From positions 128,001 through 192,000 of the forward strand of contig CAWFFH010000004.1 in the NCBI GenBank assembly GCA_963815095.1: a DNA stretch of 64,000 nucleotides, in the 5' to 3' direction. Source of the DNA: Candidatus Bathyarchaeota archaeon. Lineage in GTDB: Archaea; Thermoproteota; Bathyarchaeia; Bathyarchaeales; Bathycorpusculaceae. Position numbers and translations under genes: made by a program. Shown here piece after piece: positions 37,769 to 47,599 of the stretch. Positions within the stretch are counted from its first letter, which is position 1. Each line of letters starts with the position of its first letter. A model generated the notes under the pieces. It did not search any database and had not been told where the DNA came from. It was given only the letters and a program-made list of their open reading frames with translations.

Positions 37769-39685
37769 CTACTTTACTTTGTAGTCTTCTGAGTCGACCA
37801 CTTGCTCGCCTTCTGGGCCTACTTGTTGTTCTGGTCCGCCCTCTGGAGGCATTTCTGGACCTGGACCTTCCTGCGGTCCTTGTCCTGGCTGTGGTCCCTG
37901 CTGCTTTGCTGCCTCAGCTGCTGCTTGTTGATACACTTTTGTTCCCACTTCTTGCAGAACCTTCTGAAGCGCGTCTGATTTTGTCTTGACTTGTGTCATG
38001 TCATTGCTTGCTAAGGCATTTTTGAGTTCAGTTACGGCTGCGTCAAGCTTAGCGACTTCTTCGGGGCTGATTTTGCCTGAAAGGTCTGATTTGGTGCGTT
38101 CAGCGGTGTAGACGAGGCTGTCTGCGTTGTTGCGTGTTTCGGCTTCTTCTTTCTTCTTGCGGTCTTGCTCAGCGAACTGCTCAGCGTCTTTGATTAACCG
38201 TTCCTTCTCTTCTTTTGAGAGTTTTGTCGAGGCTGTGATGCGGATTTTGTTTTCTTTTCCTGTGGCTCGGTCTTTAGCAGATACGTTTAGGATGCCGTTG
38301 GCGTCTATGTCAAAGGTTACCTCAATTTGTGGAACACCTCTGGGTGCCGGGGGCAAGTCAACGAGGTTAAATTCGCCCAGTGAAACGTTGTCAGATGCCA
38401 TTGCGCGTTCGCCTTGAAGTACATGAATGGTGACTGCGGTTTGGAAGTCTGCGGCTGTGGTGAAGACTTGGCTGCGTTTGGTGGGGATTGTTGTGTTTTT
38501 CTCCATGACTTTTGTGAATACGCCGCCCATTGTTTCTAAGCCAAGGGTGAGTGGGGTGACATCTAGGAGTAGTAGGTCGGTAACTTCGCCTGTGATGACT
38601 CCTGCCTGGATAGCTGCACCAATAGCAACACACTCCATGGGGTCAAGTCCGCGTTCAGGTGCTTTGCCCAAAATCTGCTCCACGAACCGTTGCACAAGGG
38701 GCATTCTGGTCATGCCGCCGATAAGGATGATTTTGTCCACTTGCTGTGGTGTAAGTTTGGCATCTTCCAAGGCTTTTAGTAATGTTGGTCTTGTGCGTTC
38801 AACGATTGGTTGTGCGAGAGATTCAAGCTTTGTTCGAGTTAAGGTTAGTTTTAGGTGTTTTGGTCCTGAAGCGTCAGCAGTTAAGAATGGTAGGTCAATG
38901 TCGGTGCTCATAAGCGTGGAGAGCTCGATTTTGGCTTTTTCCGCAGCTTCTTTGAGCCTTGACATAGCCATTCGGTCGCCTGATACGTCAACGCCTGTTT
39001 GACGCTTAAACTCGGCTAAGATGTAATCCATTATTGCTTTGTCAACATCTGTTCCACCAAGCTGGGTATCGCCACTGGTGCTTAGAACTTGGAATACTCC
39101 TTTTCCGAAGTCCATCAATGTAACGTCGTGGGTGCCGCCGCCGAAGCTGAACACGAGAATTTTCATTTCGTGCTGGAGTTTGTCGATGCCATAGGCAAGA
39201 CATGCCGCGGTGGGTTCGTTGATGATTCGCATTACTTGGAACCCCGCGATTTCGCCTGCGTCTTTGGTGGCTTGCCGTTGGTTGTCGTTGAAATGGGCTG
39301 GGCAAGTGATGACTGCTTTGTTGATTGTACCGCCTAGGTAAGTTTCCGCGTCCTTCTTGATTTTCTGAAGAATGAACGCTGAGATTTGCTGAGGTGTATA
39401 ATCTTTGCCGTAGATGTTGATTTTGTAGTCGGTGCCCATCTTACGTTTTATTTCGAAGACTGTACCTTCTGCGTTTGTGGTTGCTTGGCGTTTCGCCGAT
39501 TCACCCACCAAAAGTTGGCCTTCTTTGGTAAAGGCTATCACTGACGGAAACATTTTGCCCGCCATTGTGGGTCCTTCTGCGCTTGGAATAACCGTTGAGT
39601 GTCCGCCTTCATAAATGGCGGCTGCTGAATTGGTTGTTCCTAAATCGATTCCTAATACTTTTTCGTTTGTTTTTGGATTACTCAT
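37769..39685 (-). CDS. dnaK: Chaperone DnaK (Hsp70)
   Basis: [37 protein letters not shown]. Confidence 0.97.
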   Translation of the reverse strand: MSNPKTNEKVLGIDLGTTNSAAAIYEGGHSTVIPSAEGPTMAGKMFPSVIAFTKEGQLLVGESAKRQATTNAEGTVFEIKRKMGTDYKINIYGKDYTPQQISAFILQKIKKDAETYLGGTINKAVITCPAHFNDNQRQATKDAGEIAGFQVMRIINEPTAACLAYGIDKLQHEMKILVFSFGGGTHDVTLMDFGKGVFQVLSTSGDTQLGGTDVDKAIMDYILAEFKRQTGVDVSGDRMAMSRLKEAAEKAKIELSTLMSTDIDLPFLTADASGPKHLKLTLTRTKLESLAQPIVERTRPTLLKALEDAKLTPQQVDKIILIGGMTRMPLVQRFVEQILGKAPERGLDPMECVAIGAAIQAGVITGEVTDLLLLDVTPLTLGLETMGGVFTKVMEKNTTIPTKRSQVFTTAADFQTAVTIHVLQGERAMASDNVSLGEFNLVDLPPAPRGVPQIEVTFDIDANGILNVSAKDRATGKENKIRITASTKLSKEEKERLIKDAEQFAEQDRKKKEEAETRNNADSLVYTAERTKSDLSGKISPEEVAKLDAAVTELKNALASNDMTQVKTKSDALQKVLQEVGTKVYQQAAAEAAKQQGPQPGQGPQEGPGPEMPPEGGPEQQVGPEGEQVVDSEDYKVK

Positions 39686-40222
39686 TTATTTTTTTTCCTC
39701 CGTTTGGTTACTTTGATTTTGGTTTTTTGTTGGCTTAACAGCTACTTTTACTATGGTTGGTCTAATGACCTTACCCTTCATAATGTAGCCTTTTCTGATT
39801 TCTTCAAGCACCGTGCACTCCGGAACATCGTCCTTTTCTTCAGTGACGATGGCGTTGTGGCGGGCAGGATCAAAAATTTTGCCTTCGGGGCTCTCTATTG
39901 GTGTAACGCCTTCTTGCTCAAGAACCTTTCTGAGCTTCTTTAGGGTCATCTCGATGCCTTCGATAAGCGATTCAGGTTCCGTGGAGATTTCGCCGTTTTT
40001 GACAGCAAGTTCCAACTCATCCAGTACATCTAACAATGAAATGATTAAGCGTTCGTTCCCATAGTTTCTAATTTGCTCCGCTTCCCTATCATAGCGCTTC
40101 TTGAGATTTTCGAAATCTGCTTGTAAATACTTAAGCCTAGTCAGATAATCTTCGGAAAGCTTCTTTTCAGATTCCAGAAGCTCTTCAAAATTAACTGGCT
40201 GAGGCTGTTGTTCATCAACCAT
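39686..40222 (-). CDS. grpE: Nucleotide exchange factor GrpE
   Basis: ADFEN.KKR, FDP..HNA, KGY....VIRP.V.V. Confidence 0.95.
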   Translation of the reverse strand: MVDEQQPQPVNFEELLESEKKLSEDYLTRLKYLQADFENLKKRYDREAEQIRNYGNERLIISLLDVLDELELAVKNGEISTEPESLIEGIEMTLKKLRKVLEQEGVTPIESPEGKIFDPARHNAIVTEEKDDVPECTVLEEIRKGYIMKGKVIRPTIVKVAVKPTKNQNQSNQTEEKK

Positions 40223-40344
40223 TAGCTTGTCCTCCTCTTGCTAGATGAAGGCAAACTAATAAATGCAGTCTGTGGTTGAGAACGGCGGCATTTTGTTTTT
40301 GTAAGTAAATATGCTGATGTTGAAGTCGTTTTTTGAAATGCCAT
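40222..40344 (-). CDS. Putative 40-aa basic peptide coupled to grpE
   Basis: AAGGAG SD, ATG 40344; its TAA overlaps the grpE ATG (TAATG). Confidence 0.4.
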   Translation of the reverse strand: MAFQKTTSTSAYLLTKTKCRRSQPQTAFISLPSSSKRRTS

Positions 40345-40356
40345 GAAGTTATCTCC

Positions 40357-40761
40357 TTAGCTGATGTATTTTGGTTTTTTGTTTTTTGCTATTTCGGTTT
40401 CTTGGGGTGGTAGGGCTGGAGTTTGGCTTTGGTTTATTTGTTCGCCTTGAGTGAGGCCTGCTTGTTCAACAAGTTTTTTGAAGATGATTTCAGCGACTTG
40501 GTCTCCGACAGATTCTTCTTTGAGTTCGTTGCTAAAGGCATGTTTTTTGAAGGATTCTACTATCTCATTTTTGTCTATTACAACGTTGGGTTTTGAGCTG
40601 TCGTTCCATGCTTGAGACATTACTTTGTGGCCTAATTCTATGAATATGTTGACCATTGTTGTGTAGTCTATGTCTAAGGGTGTGTCTCCAGTTAGGAATC
40701 GTCCCTTTGTGAGTAGGATTTTTTTGTCGTTTTCTGGGGTTACTGTTAAACTTCTACGCAT
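40357..40761 (-). CDS. Hypothetical protein, first gene of the grpE-dnaK unit (possible RHH-like regulator)
   Basis: GGTGA SD; N-terminal MRRSLTVTPENDKKI strand-helix pattern. Confidence 0.65.
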   Translation of the reverse strand: MRRSLTVTPENDKKILLTKGRFLTGDTPLDIDYTTMVNIFIELGHKVMSQAWNDSSKPNVVIDKNEIVESFKKHAFSNELKEESVGDQVAEIIFKKLVEQAGLTQGEQINQSQTPALPPQETEIAKNKKPKYIS

Positions 40762-40779
40762 ATATTCACCAGTGTAAAA

Positions 40780-40837
40780 GTGCTTTATGCACCGCTTCAC
40801 CTGAAGCACACCTGTGCATGCTCGCTTATATGTTTTC
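40780..40837 (-). promoter_or_regulatory. BRE/TATA-like element with overlapping inverted repeats upstream of the dnaK unit
   Basis: GAAAACATATAAG on the minus strand; GCTTCA-CC-TGAAGC (40794-40807) and GCACA-CC-TGTGC (40806-40817). Confidence 0.5.
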
Positions 40838-40953
40838 TGGCAAAATAGAGGAAAAAGATATGCCTACAAGAACGAAATCGCAACCTCATTCATTTTATGA
40901 TTAACTTCAAATTGGAAGTTACGGATTATCCCAAAAGAATCTCTGCAAGCACT

Positions 40954-41295
40954 CTATGGTACTGGGGTAGGGGTAGGAATCAGGGTAGCATTTTCGATTA
41001 GGGTCATTTTGTTGTTGAAATCGATTCGGCAATCAAAAATGTAGCTTTGGTTTTCTTGGATGCGCTCGTATAGAGATGGATTATTCAGAATATACAGGGC
41101 TTGATTGTCTTGGAGATTAACGGTGTAGTTTGCTGGGTGGCTGTCTAAAATTGGTTCCTTTGAAACCACAAGTCCCCTTGTAACATCTGGTATTTTGGAA
41201 TTATCTATGGCATTCTCAGAAATGAAGATAATAGTTCCTAAAGTTGCAACAGAAACTAGTATGGCTACAACAACCACAATTTTGAATGCGTCCAT
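40954..41295 (-). CDS. Membrane-anchored hypothetical protein
   Basis: N-terminal TM helix; PTPTP tail. Confidence 0.7.
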   Translation of the reverse strand: MDAFKIVVVVAILVSVATLGTIIFISENAIDNSKIPDVTRGLVVSKEPILDSHPANYTVNLQDNQALYILNNPSLYERIQENQSYIFDCRIDFNNKMTLIENATLIPTPTPVP

Positions 41296-41402
41296 ACTAA
41301 TGCCCCAATAAATAAATGGTAAACGTTTGATTAGTATATAAAAATGGTGCCCTGCCCAATCAATCCTTCAGGCCGCTTAAATTGGAAGGATTTGCCAGGC
41401 CA

Positions 41403-44210
41403 CTAGTGCCTAAGCTGTTTCTTGATTGCTTCTTCAGCGGCTTGTACTGCTTGTGCGAGTTTGTCGGGTTTTGTCCCGCCGCCCTGCGCAAAATTGGGTC
41501 TTCCGCCGCCCCCGCCGCCAAAAATCGGCGCTGCTTCTTTCACTATGGCGCCTGCGTTGACTCCTTTTTGCACTGCGGCTTCTCCAGCCATAACCATTAG
41601 CTTACATGTTTTACCGTCTGATGCATAGAACAGAGTTACTGTGGTTTCATTTTTCTTTATGATTTCTGCTCCAGTTCGCAGCATGCGGTCTGCATCGATT
41701 ACCTCGCCAAAATCTCTTTTAACTATGGTAATTCCGTCGACTTCGGATGCGGCTTCACAGGATTGTGCATGTCCAACTGCACTTTCCTTCTCGGCCAACT
41801 CCTTGATTAGCTTGCGTTTTTCAGCATTAGCTTCTTTGAGTTCTTTAACCACCTTCTCGGCAGTTTTATCCAATTTATCAATGGGTGACGTTAGGGCTTC
41901 GGAGACTTTCAAAAGCAAACTCTCCTGCTCCTGCACAGCCTTCAAAGCTTTGAGCCCAACCGCATAGCCCAGCCGTTCCACACCATCCTGAACGCGTTCT
42001 GTGTAAATGATTTTTACAAAACCAACTTCACTGGTGCATCCAAGGTGTGTTCCTGCACAAGCTTCAACATCCCAATCGCCCGTTTTAACGACGCGGATGT
42101 CTTTGCCTGGAACTGCACCGCCCTGATACAGCCTGAAGCCGTAGCGTGATTCTGCTTCGTTGCGTGGGAGCCATGTGGTTTCTACTTTCATGTTGCTGCC
42201 AATGGCTTGGTTGGCGAGGGTTTCGATTTGGTGAATTTCCTCTTGACTTAACCTGCGGTAATGTGAAATGTCAAGGCGAGAGGTTTCTAAGCCTTTTTGG
42301 GTACCAGACTGCCAAACGTGTTCGCCCAGAACTCGTCTTGCGGCTCCGTTTATGAGGTGAGTCACTGTATGGGCTTTCATTAGAGCGTAGCGTCTTTCCC
42401 AATCGACTGTGCCGTGTACGATGACATTTTCCTTGAAGATTGCCAAGGTCTTGAGTTTGTGTACGATGACTTTGCCGATTTTCTGTACGTCAACAATTTC
42501 AAACTTTGAATCGCCAAAGGTTAGCCAGCCTTGGTCGGTTGGTTGTCCTCCGCCTTCAGGATACAAGCATGTCTTATCAAGTACCACGTAATTGCCATTG
42601 ATGATTTTGAGAACTTTAGAGTCAAACTCTTTTTGGTAAACGTCAGCATAATAGAGTTGCTCTGTTGCGGGTAGTTGTTCGGCCACTTTCTGTAGTGTCT
42701 GCTCAGCCTGCGTCTCTTCTTCCTCCGCTGGCTTTGGTGCCTGCATGTGACGGTTAGCAATTAGTGCATAAAAATTTTCAGGGACCTCAACTTCAATTCC
42801 TTCTTTTTCGGCGGCTTGCTTGACGATTTCTGGAGGGAGTCCATGTGAATCATAGAGCTCCGTGAGAGTGTCCATTGGTAGTTTGCCGGTGCCTTTGGTT
42901 TTGAGGTCTGCTGCAATGCGTTTAACCATGCCTTCGCCCCGCTTGAGAGTCTCCACGAACTTTTCTTCTTCGACTTTGAGCATTTCAATGATTTCGTTTT
43001 GCATTTCTTTTATCCGTGGGAAATCTTTGCCCCAGTACTCTGCTTGCATGTCGATGATGTCGTAGAGTTTGGCTGGTTCAATGTTGAGTGTGCGCATTAA
43101 TCGGTAAACTCGTCTGAATAGAAGTCTGGCGAGGTAGCCTTCTTGGATGTTGGATGGAACAACGCCTTCAGAGAGCATAAAACTGAGAGTTTTGGTATGG
43201 TCGGTTACCGCCCAAACGTTCTCGATCGGGATCAAGACTCTGTCGAGGGTTGCCATGTCGATGCCTGTTAACTCAGAAACTCGTTTGCGAGCGACAAGCC
43301 TGTTTGCACGTTTGTCAACGCTAACTAAACCTGAATATTTGGCTACACGTGCCAAAAAATCGTTGTCAACGTTGGTTATTCCCGCCATGCCCATTACCTT
43401 GTCGAGCAAATTGCCGTAAATAGCTTGGAACAAGCTTGGAACACCTTGGCTAATCCATGTGAAGCGGTCAATACCATATCCTGTATCTACGGTACGAATT
43501 GGCAACTCGATGAAGTCATCGCCGACAACCTTGTATTGCATGAAAACCAATGTGCCAACTTCTAAGCCACGGCAAATACATTCTACATCTGGACCAGCGT
43601 TTCCTCCGCCAACCCAAATGCCCTCCTTGTAGATAACTTCCTCAGACTTAATACCGAGGCATTCTGTAGCGAATCGGTGGTGGAAACGTACGGTGTCGTC
43701 TTTCCAGTAAATTTCTTTGTCAGGGTAGTTGAATGCGTGGGCGCCGCCCATTTCAAAGATGGTGAGGTGCCTGCCGAAGGTCGGCCCAGTGTTGGATATG
43801 TCTGTTAATCTGATGCATGGTTGGGAAATTACCAGTGGATTTGCTGGTGGAGGAGCAATTCCCTCAGTAACGTAGGGTTGAAAATCGATGATGCTTGCAT
43901 GAGTTAGGTAAATATCTTTTCTCCATCGTGCTACGACTGGGTATGGCTTAATCCGTGTATGACCATTCTTTTCGAAGAACGAGAGGAATGACTCCCGCAT
44001 TTCGGAGAGGCTGAACTTTTTGGTTGTTGCGGGGTTGCCAAGGAAAGTGTAACATCCGCATTCGTCTGAGCCAGATTCGCCGCAGGTTTCTTGCTCGGCG
44101 TTTTGGGTCCAGAAGTATTCGTCGCATTTTGGACAAAGTTTTCGGACAAAACCTTCTTGTTTGAAGAATGGAAGTGTGTAATCTTCTGCTGTGAACTTTT
44201 TTCCAACCAT
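41403..44210 (-). CDS. alaS: Alanyl-tRNA synthetase (archaeal type)
   Basis: ASIIDFQP, DTGYG, HT.TH...CAGTH editing site, GGGGGRP.FAQGGG. Confidence 0.96.
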   Translation of the reverse strand: MVGKKFTAEDYTLPFFKQEGFVRKLCPKCDEYFWTQNAEQETCGESGSDECGCYTFLGNPATTKKFSLSEMRESFLSFFEKNGHTRIKPYPVVARWRKDIYLTHASIIDFQPYVTEGIAPPPANPLVISQPCIRLTDISNTGPTFGRHLTIFEMGGAHAFNYPDKEIYWKDDTVRFHHRFATECLGIKSEEVIYKEGIWVGGGNAGPDVECICRGLEVGTLVFMQYKVVGDDFIELPIRTVDTGYGIDRFTWISQGVPSLFQAIYGNLLDKVMGMAGITNVDNDFLARVAKYSGLVSVDKRANRLVARKRVSELTGIDMATLDRVLIPIENVWAVTDHTKTLSFMLSEGVVPSNIQEGYLARLLFRRVYRLMRTLNIEPAKLYDIIDMQAEYWGKDFPRIKEMQNEIIEMLKVEEEKFVETLKRGEGMVKRIAADLKTKGTGKLPMDTLTELYDSHGLPPEIVKQAAEKEGIEVEVPENFYALIANRHMQAPKPAEEEETQAEQTLQKVAEQLPATEQLYYADVYQKEFDSKVLKIINGNYVVLDKTCLYPEGGGQPTDQGWLTFGDSKFEIVDVQKIGKVIVHKLKTLAIFKENVIVHGTVDWERRYALMKAHTVTHLINGAARRVLGEHVWQSGTQKGLETSRLDISHYRRLSQEEIHQIETLANQAIGSNMKVETTWLPRNEAESRYGFRLYQGGAVPGKDIRVVKTGDWDVEACAGTHLGCTSEVGFVKIIYTERVQDGVERLGYAVGLKALKAVQEQESLLLKVSEALTSPIDKLDKTAEKVVKELKEANAEKRKLIKELAEKESAVGHAQSCEAASEVDGITIVKRDFGEVIDADRMLRTGAEIIKKNETTVTLFYASDGKTCKLMVMAGEAAVQKGVNAGAIVKEAAPIFGGGGGGRPNFAQGGGTKPDKLAQAVQAAEEAIKKQLRH

Positions 44211-44579
44211 CGAGCCCGCCTCTTTTTCACCGTAAATTTTGGTTTGTTGTTAGAGGGGTTTATGAGTTTCGCGGATTTAAATGATTTCAATAGAATCAAC
44301 GTTTATTTACCTCAAAAGGGATAGGGTTTTCCCGATAAGCTATGAAATGAGATTGTAAACCATTAAAAATTTTTTGGTTTCTATTTTTTGATTATTTGTA
44401 TTGGAAAAAGTAATAGAATAGCCGAGGGCTGAGAATTTTTCTAATCTATAAGAATCGATAAAACATTAGAAGGGTCTATACCTATGCAACCACACAACTG
44501 ACCAACAGACAATAGAGTCAGCATAGGTTTTTCCCAAAACTGTCTTTAAACTTTTTTGAAATAAAAAAAGGAATCGCAA

Positions 44580-44597
44580 GGCAACCAACGGTTGCCA
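44580..44597 (-). terminator. Hairpin terminator after the ferredoxin-like gene
   Basis: GGCAACC-aac-GGTTGCC followed by T runs on the minus strand. Confidence 0.5.
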
Positions 44598-44604
44598 ATT
44601 ACTG

Positions 44605-44973
44605 TTAAGCTTGACACACAATGACATGTTTAGGTTTCATGACTAATGAGGATTTGTCGGTTGTGGCTAACTCGTAAACTGCCGAGTTTCGGATTGCTTT
44701 TTTGGGACAACTGTCGGAACATTGGTAGCAGAAGAGGCATTTGTCAAGTCTGAATTGGGGGCGTTTTTTTCCATAAAAATCAACCATTTCAATGGCTCCT
44801 CCCGGGCAATCCCTGCTACATAAACCACAACCGATACATTGTTTCATGTCAAGTTGCATTTGACCTCGAAAATTATCTTGCACTTGAAGCTTGGTGAAAG
44901 GGTAACCAGCCGTTGCTGGCTTGCTAAAAACGAAAGATGCTACTTTTCTAAATATTGGAGATATTTTCGCCAT
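44605..44973 (-). CDS. 2x[4Fe-4S] NuoI/EchF-like protein
   Basis: T..YP, FRG, CIGCGLC...CP, CLFCYQC...CP. Confidence 0.85.
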   Translation of the reverse strand: MAKISPIFRKVASFVFSKPATAGYPFTKLQVQDNFRGQMQLDMKQCIGCGLCSRDCPGGAIEMVDFYGKKRPQFRLDKCLFCYQCSDSCPKKAIRNSAVYELATTDKSSLVMKPKHVIVCQA

Positions 44974-45277
44974 TTTTTTACGCACTCCTTGCTTTTTGGC
45001 AAAAGCAATTGGAGTTTAACGAAGTTTAGCGCTGACGCTATTTTTAGTATACTTTGCTTAGAAGAGCCTGTGAGTCAATTGAATCCTTCCCATTGTTGGA
45101 AGGGTATTGCCCGTTTATCTCAAAGGTGAGATTTTAGGTTTGGGTTGATTTTGGTTTGCTTTTGCCTTGACATAACAATGTTATACGTACTTATTATTGC
45201 TTATGCTTTTCCACAAATTTAGAGACCATTTAAGCCTTATTTTAGAGATTTATGGCTAAATTTGGAGTAAAACATCG

Positions 45278-46621
45278 CTAAAGCGAATGCCACATGCCCC
45301 TTGCTGCAAAATTTGAGTCACAGGGTCTTTCTAGTCCATAGCGCCGAAGAGGTTTAGTTAAATGCCTTTGCGATCTACTCGAAGTAACATATAATCCTGT
45401 ATTAAGCGCCCGAGGAATGCATATTTTCTTCTTTTCCAAATCAGCGTATTTGCTGCCGCATTTTTCGCATCTGAAACCTTGGTTTTTGCCCATTGATTTC
45501 AAACGTTTCCCGCAGTTTGGACAGAGTGGATTTTCATAGGTTACTTTGGGCACAAGATTTAGGATATTAATTTTTTCTAAATTAATTGTTAACGGCTTGC
45601 ATGTGGTTGCTTTGTGAACTGCGCCATTAACTTCGACATGGTCGCCCACCGCAAGCTCTCTTGCAACCTTTCGTAGGTCCCCCGTGGGTTCGTAAGCTGC
45701 ACAATCCACTTCGGCAGAATCGTCCTTTATTGAGAAGATGACATGTCGGAGTGGAACTATCCGCGGATTCTTGGAAACAATGCCTTTGACGGTCACTGAG
45801 CTGTAAGGTTCAAGTTTGCTTAATAATTGAGCGGTTTTCAGGTGGGCATCCGTGCCTTGGTTGCTACGGAAAATAACCCAACGTTCCACAGGCTCTAACA
45901 ACTTAACTAGCCCGTACGCTTCTTTAACTATTTCAGCTGTTTCGCCTCTGATTCCAAAAAGAATTGGGTCAGGACCCCTCGGCGTAATAATAACCCTTCC
46001 CTTTTCTGAGTCAACGTTATTGAAGGTGTAAGGCTGCGTTAACTTGTCCATCTCAAAAATCGATTCTTCATCAACTCGTCTTTTAGTGCCCAAGTTTTCT
46101 GATTTGCGATAAGCAATCAATTCATAAGTGTAGTCGCAGTCAAGGGTTTCGCCAATTGCTGCTAGAGCGCCGATGATGCCGCGACAGGAGTTAAAGCCAA
46201 CTGCTTCCGCTCCCCACTTTTTGATAAGTGCCATAGCTTCTTTCAGAGTTACTATTGTCGTTTCAGTTTTTTTCGCGAAAGATTTCAATTCCGCGGGGAT
46301 TTCCTTATTTTTGTAGATTACGATTCCGGGATCGGTACCTTTCTCTTTGATAGATGAATACGTTTCCCACAATTCCATTGCAGTATCCGTTATTTGGTTT
46401 TCAAACTCGATGTCGTATCTGAAACGTATGCATAAGGCGCCGTTGCCTCTCGTTTTCCAGGGCACATTAGGATTAAGCCTGATTAAAGCTGGATAATCAA
46501 TAAATTGAACATTAAATTTTTCGAGTTTTTCTATAAGAACTGCAGCAAGATAAGTGGTGCAGCCTCCCTTTGTTGAGTCTGTATCATCCAACCCGATATG
46601 CATGGTCTGCTGCTTTTTCAA
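45278..46621 (-). CDS. tiaS: tRNA(Ile2) agmatinylcytidine synthase
   Basis: DDTDS..GGCTT, RLNPNVPWKTRGN, GPDP.L.GIRG, NQGTDAH, Zn ribbon, RHLTKP. Confidence 0.95.
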   Translation of the reverse strand: MKKQQTMHIGLDDTDSTKGGCTTYLAAVLIEKLEKFNVQFIDYPALIRLNPNVPWKTRGNGALCIRFRYDIEFENQITDTAMELWETYSSIKEKGTDPGIVIYKNKEIPAELKSFAKKTETTIVTLKEAMALIKKWGAEAVGFNSCRGIIGALAAIGETLDCDYTYELIAYRKSENLGTKRRVDEESIFEMDKLTQPYTFNNVDSEKGRVIITPRGPDPILFGIRGETAEIVKEAYGLVKLLEPVERWVIFRSNQGTDAHLKTAQLLSKLEPYSSVTVKGIVSKNPRIVPLRHVIFSIKDDSAEVDCAAYEPTGDLRKVARELAVGDHVEVNGAVHKATTCKPLTINLEKINILNLVPKVTYENPLCPNCGKRLKSMGKNQGFRCEKCGSKYADLEKKKICIPRALNTGLYVTSSRSQRHLTKPLRRYGLERPCDSNFAARGMWHSL

Positions 46622-46710
46622 TGCGGCTGCTCTCCAAGATAAAATAAGAAAGAGCTTAGAAGGTAAAAAATATTGTTAGCTTAAAATGTGCTTAGGTACG
46701 AATTACTGTA

Positions 46711-46986
46711 TTAGTGGGCTTTCAAAAAAACTTGCTGTTGGATTGTGTTTCGAGGTTTCTCGGAGATTATCATGGTTAATTTGGAGTTTATTTTGCGGAT
46801 TTTTTCAATTCGGTTAGTTATTATGTTCTTAAGTTCTTCCATGGTTTCGGCTTTGATATTTGCGATTAGGTCATAGATGCCCCAGAGATTGTGGACTTCT
46901 TCAACACCTTCAACCTTTCTTAGGGCCTGTAAGACTTTTTTTTCGGATCCAATTTCAGTATTTAATAGAATGTAAGCGGAGGGCAA
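46711..46986 (-). CDS. Stand-alone Lrp/AsnC ligand-binding domain protein
   Basis: AYILLNTEIG.E...G.YD.IA; no HTH. Confidence 0.85.
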   Translation of the reverse strand: MPSAYILLNTEIGSEKKVLQALRKVEGVEEVHNLWGIYDLIANIKAETMEELKNIITNRIEKIRKINSKLTMIISEKPRNTIQQQVFLKAH

Positions 46987-47327
46987 TTTTTATTTCTCCT
47001 TTTTGGGTAGGGTGGTTGGCTTTAGAGGTTCGGAGGCTCTTTATTGTTTGAGGGAACACAAAAAAGATTCGATGCAGTTCCAAGCTTCTTCGTCCAAACG
47101 ATTAAAAAATTCATGCATCTGCCAGTAGTGCGAGCTGCTACTTCAATTTGGCTTTTCCCAGTTCTTCCCTGAGTGAGCGAATTTGTTTTCACTTTTTACT
47201 ACCTGATGCACAAGAATGATACTTAGGTCAAAAATCATTTAAAATTATGTGATTGTATCTTGCTAGTCACAACTGTAACATTGAATTTGGAAAAACTGTT
47301 GTCCCTAAAAGAAGGGGATTTGATTTT

Positions 47328-47564
47328 TTACTTGTCTTCTACTACAATCATTGTTAGGGTCGAACGGACTTTATCTAGTCGTCGAATTCGCCATGTTACA
47401 ATTTCTTTTAGTTTATCCATAGTATCAGCTTTGACTCTGGCTACTATGTCGTAGACCCCGTAAACAGCTGAGGCTTCTTCTACGCCCTCAACTTTTTTTA
47501 GCTCCTTTAAAACATCCGATTCAGAGCCTATTTCAGTATTTATTAATACGAACGCTGTAGGCAT
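47328..47564 (-). CDS. Stand-alone Lrp/AsnC ligand-binding domain protein
   Basis: MPTAFVLINTEIGSE...YGVYDIV...VRSTLTMIV. Confidence 0.9.
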   Translation of the reverse strand: MPTAFVLINTEIGSESDVLKELKKVEGVEEASAVYGVYDIVARVKADTMDKLKEIVTWRIRRLDKVRSTLTMIVVEDK

Positions 47565-47599
47565 AATAATCCCTAACAATAACTTAGGCACAGTTTGAA

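Noticed and set aside
47000-47195. Possible small ORF between the Lrp genes
   Set aside because: Two partial frames, neither convincing; insufficient support.
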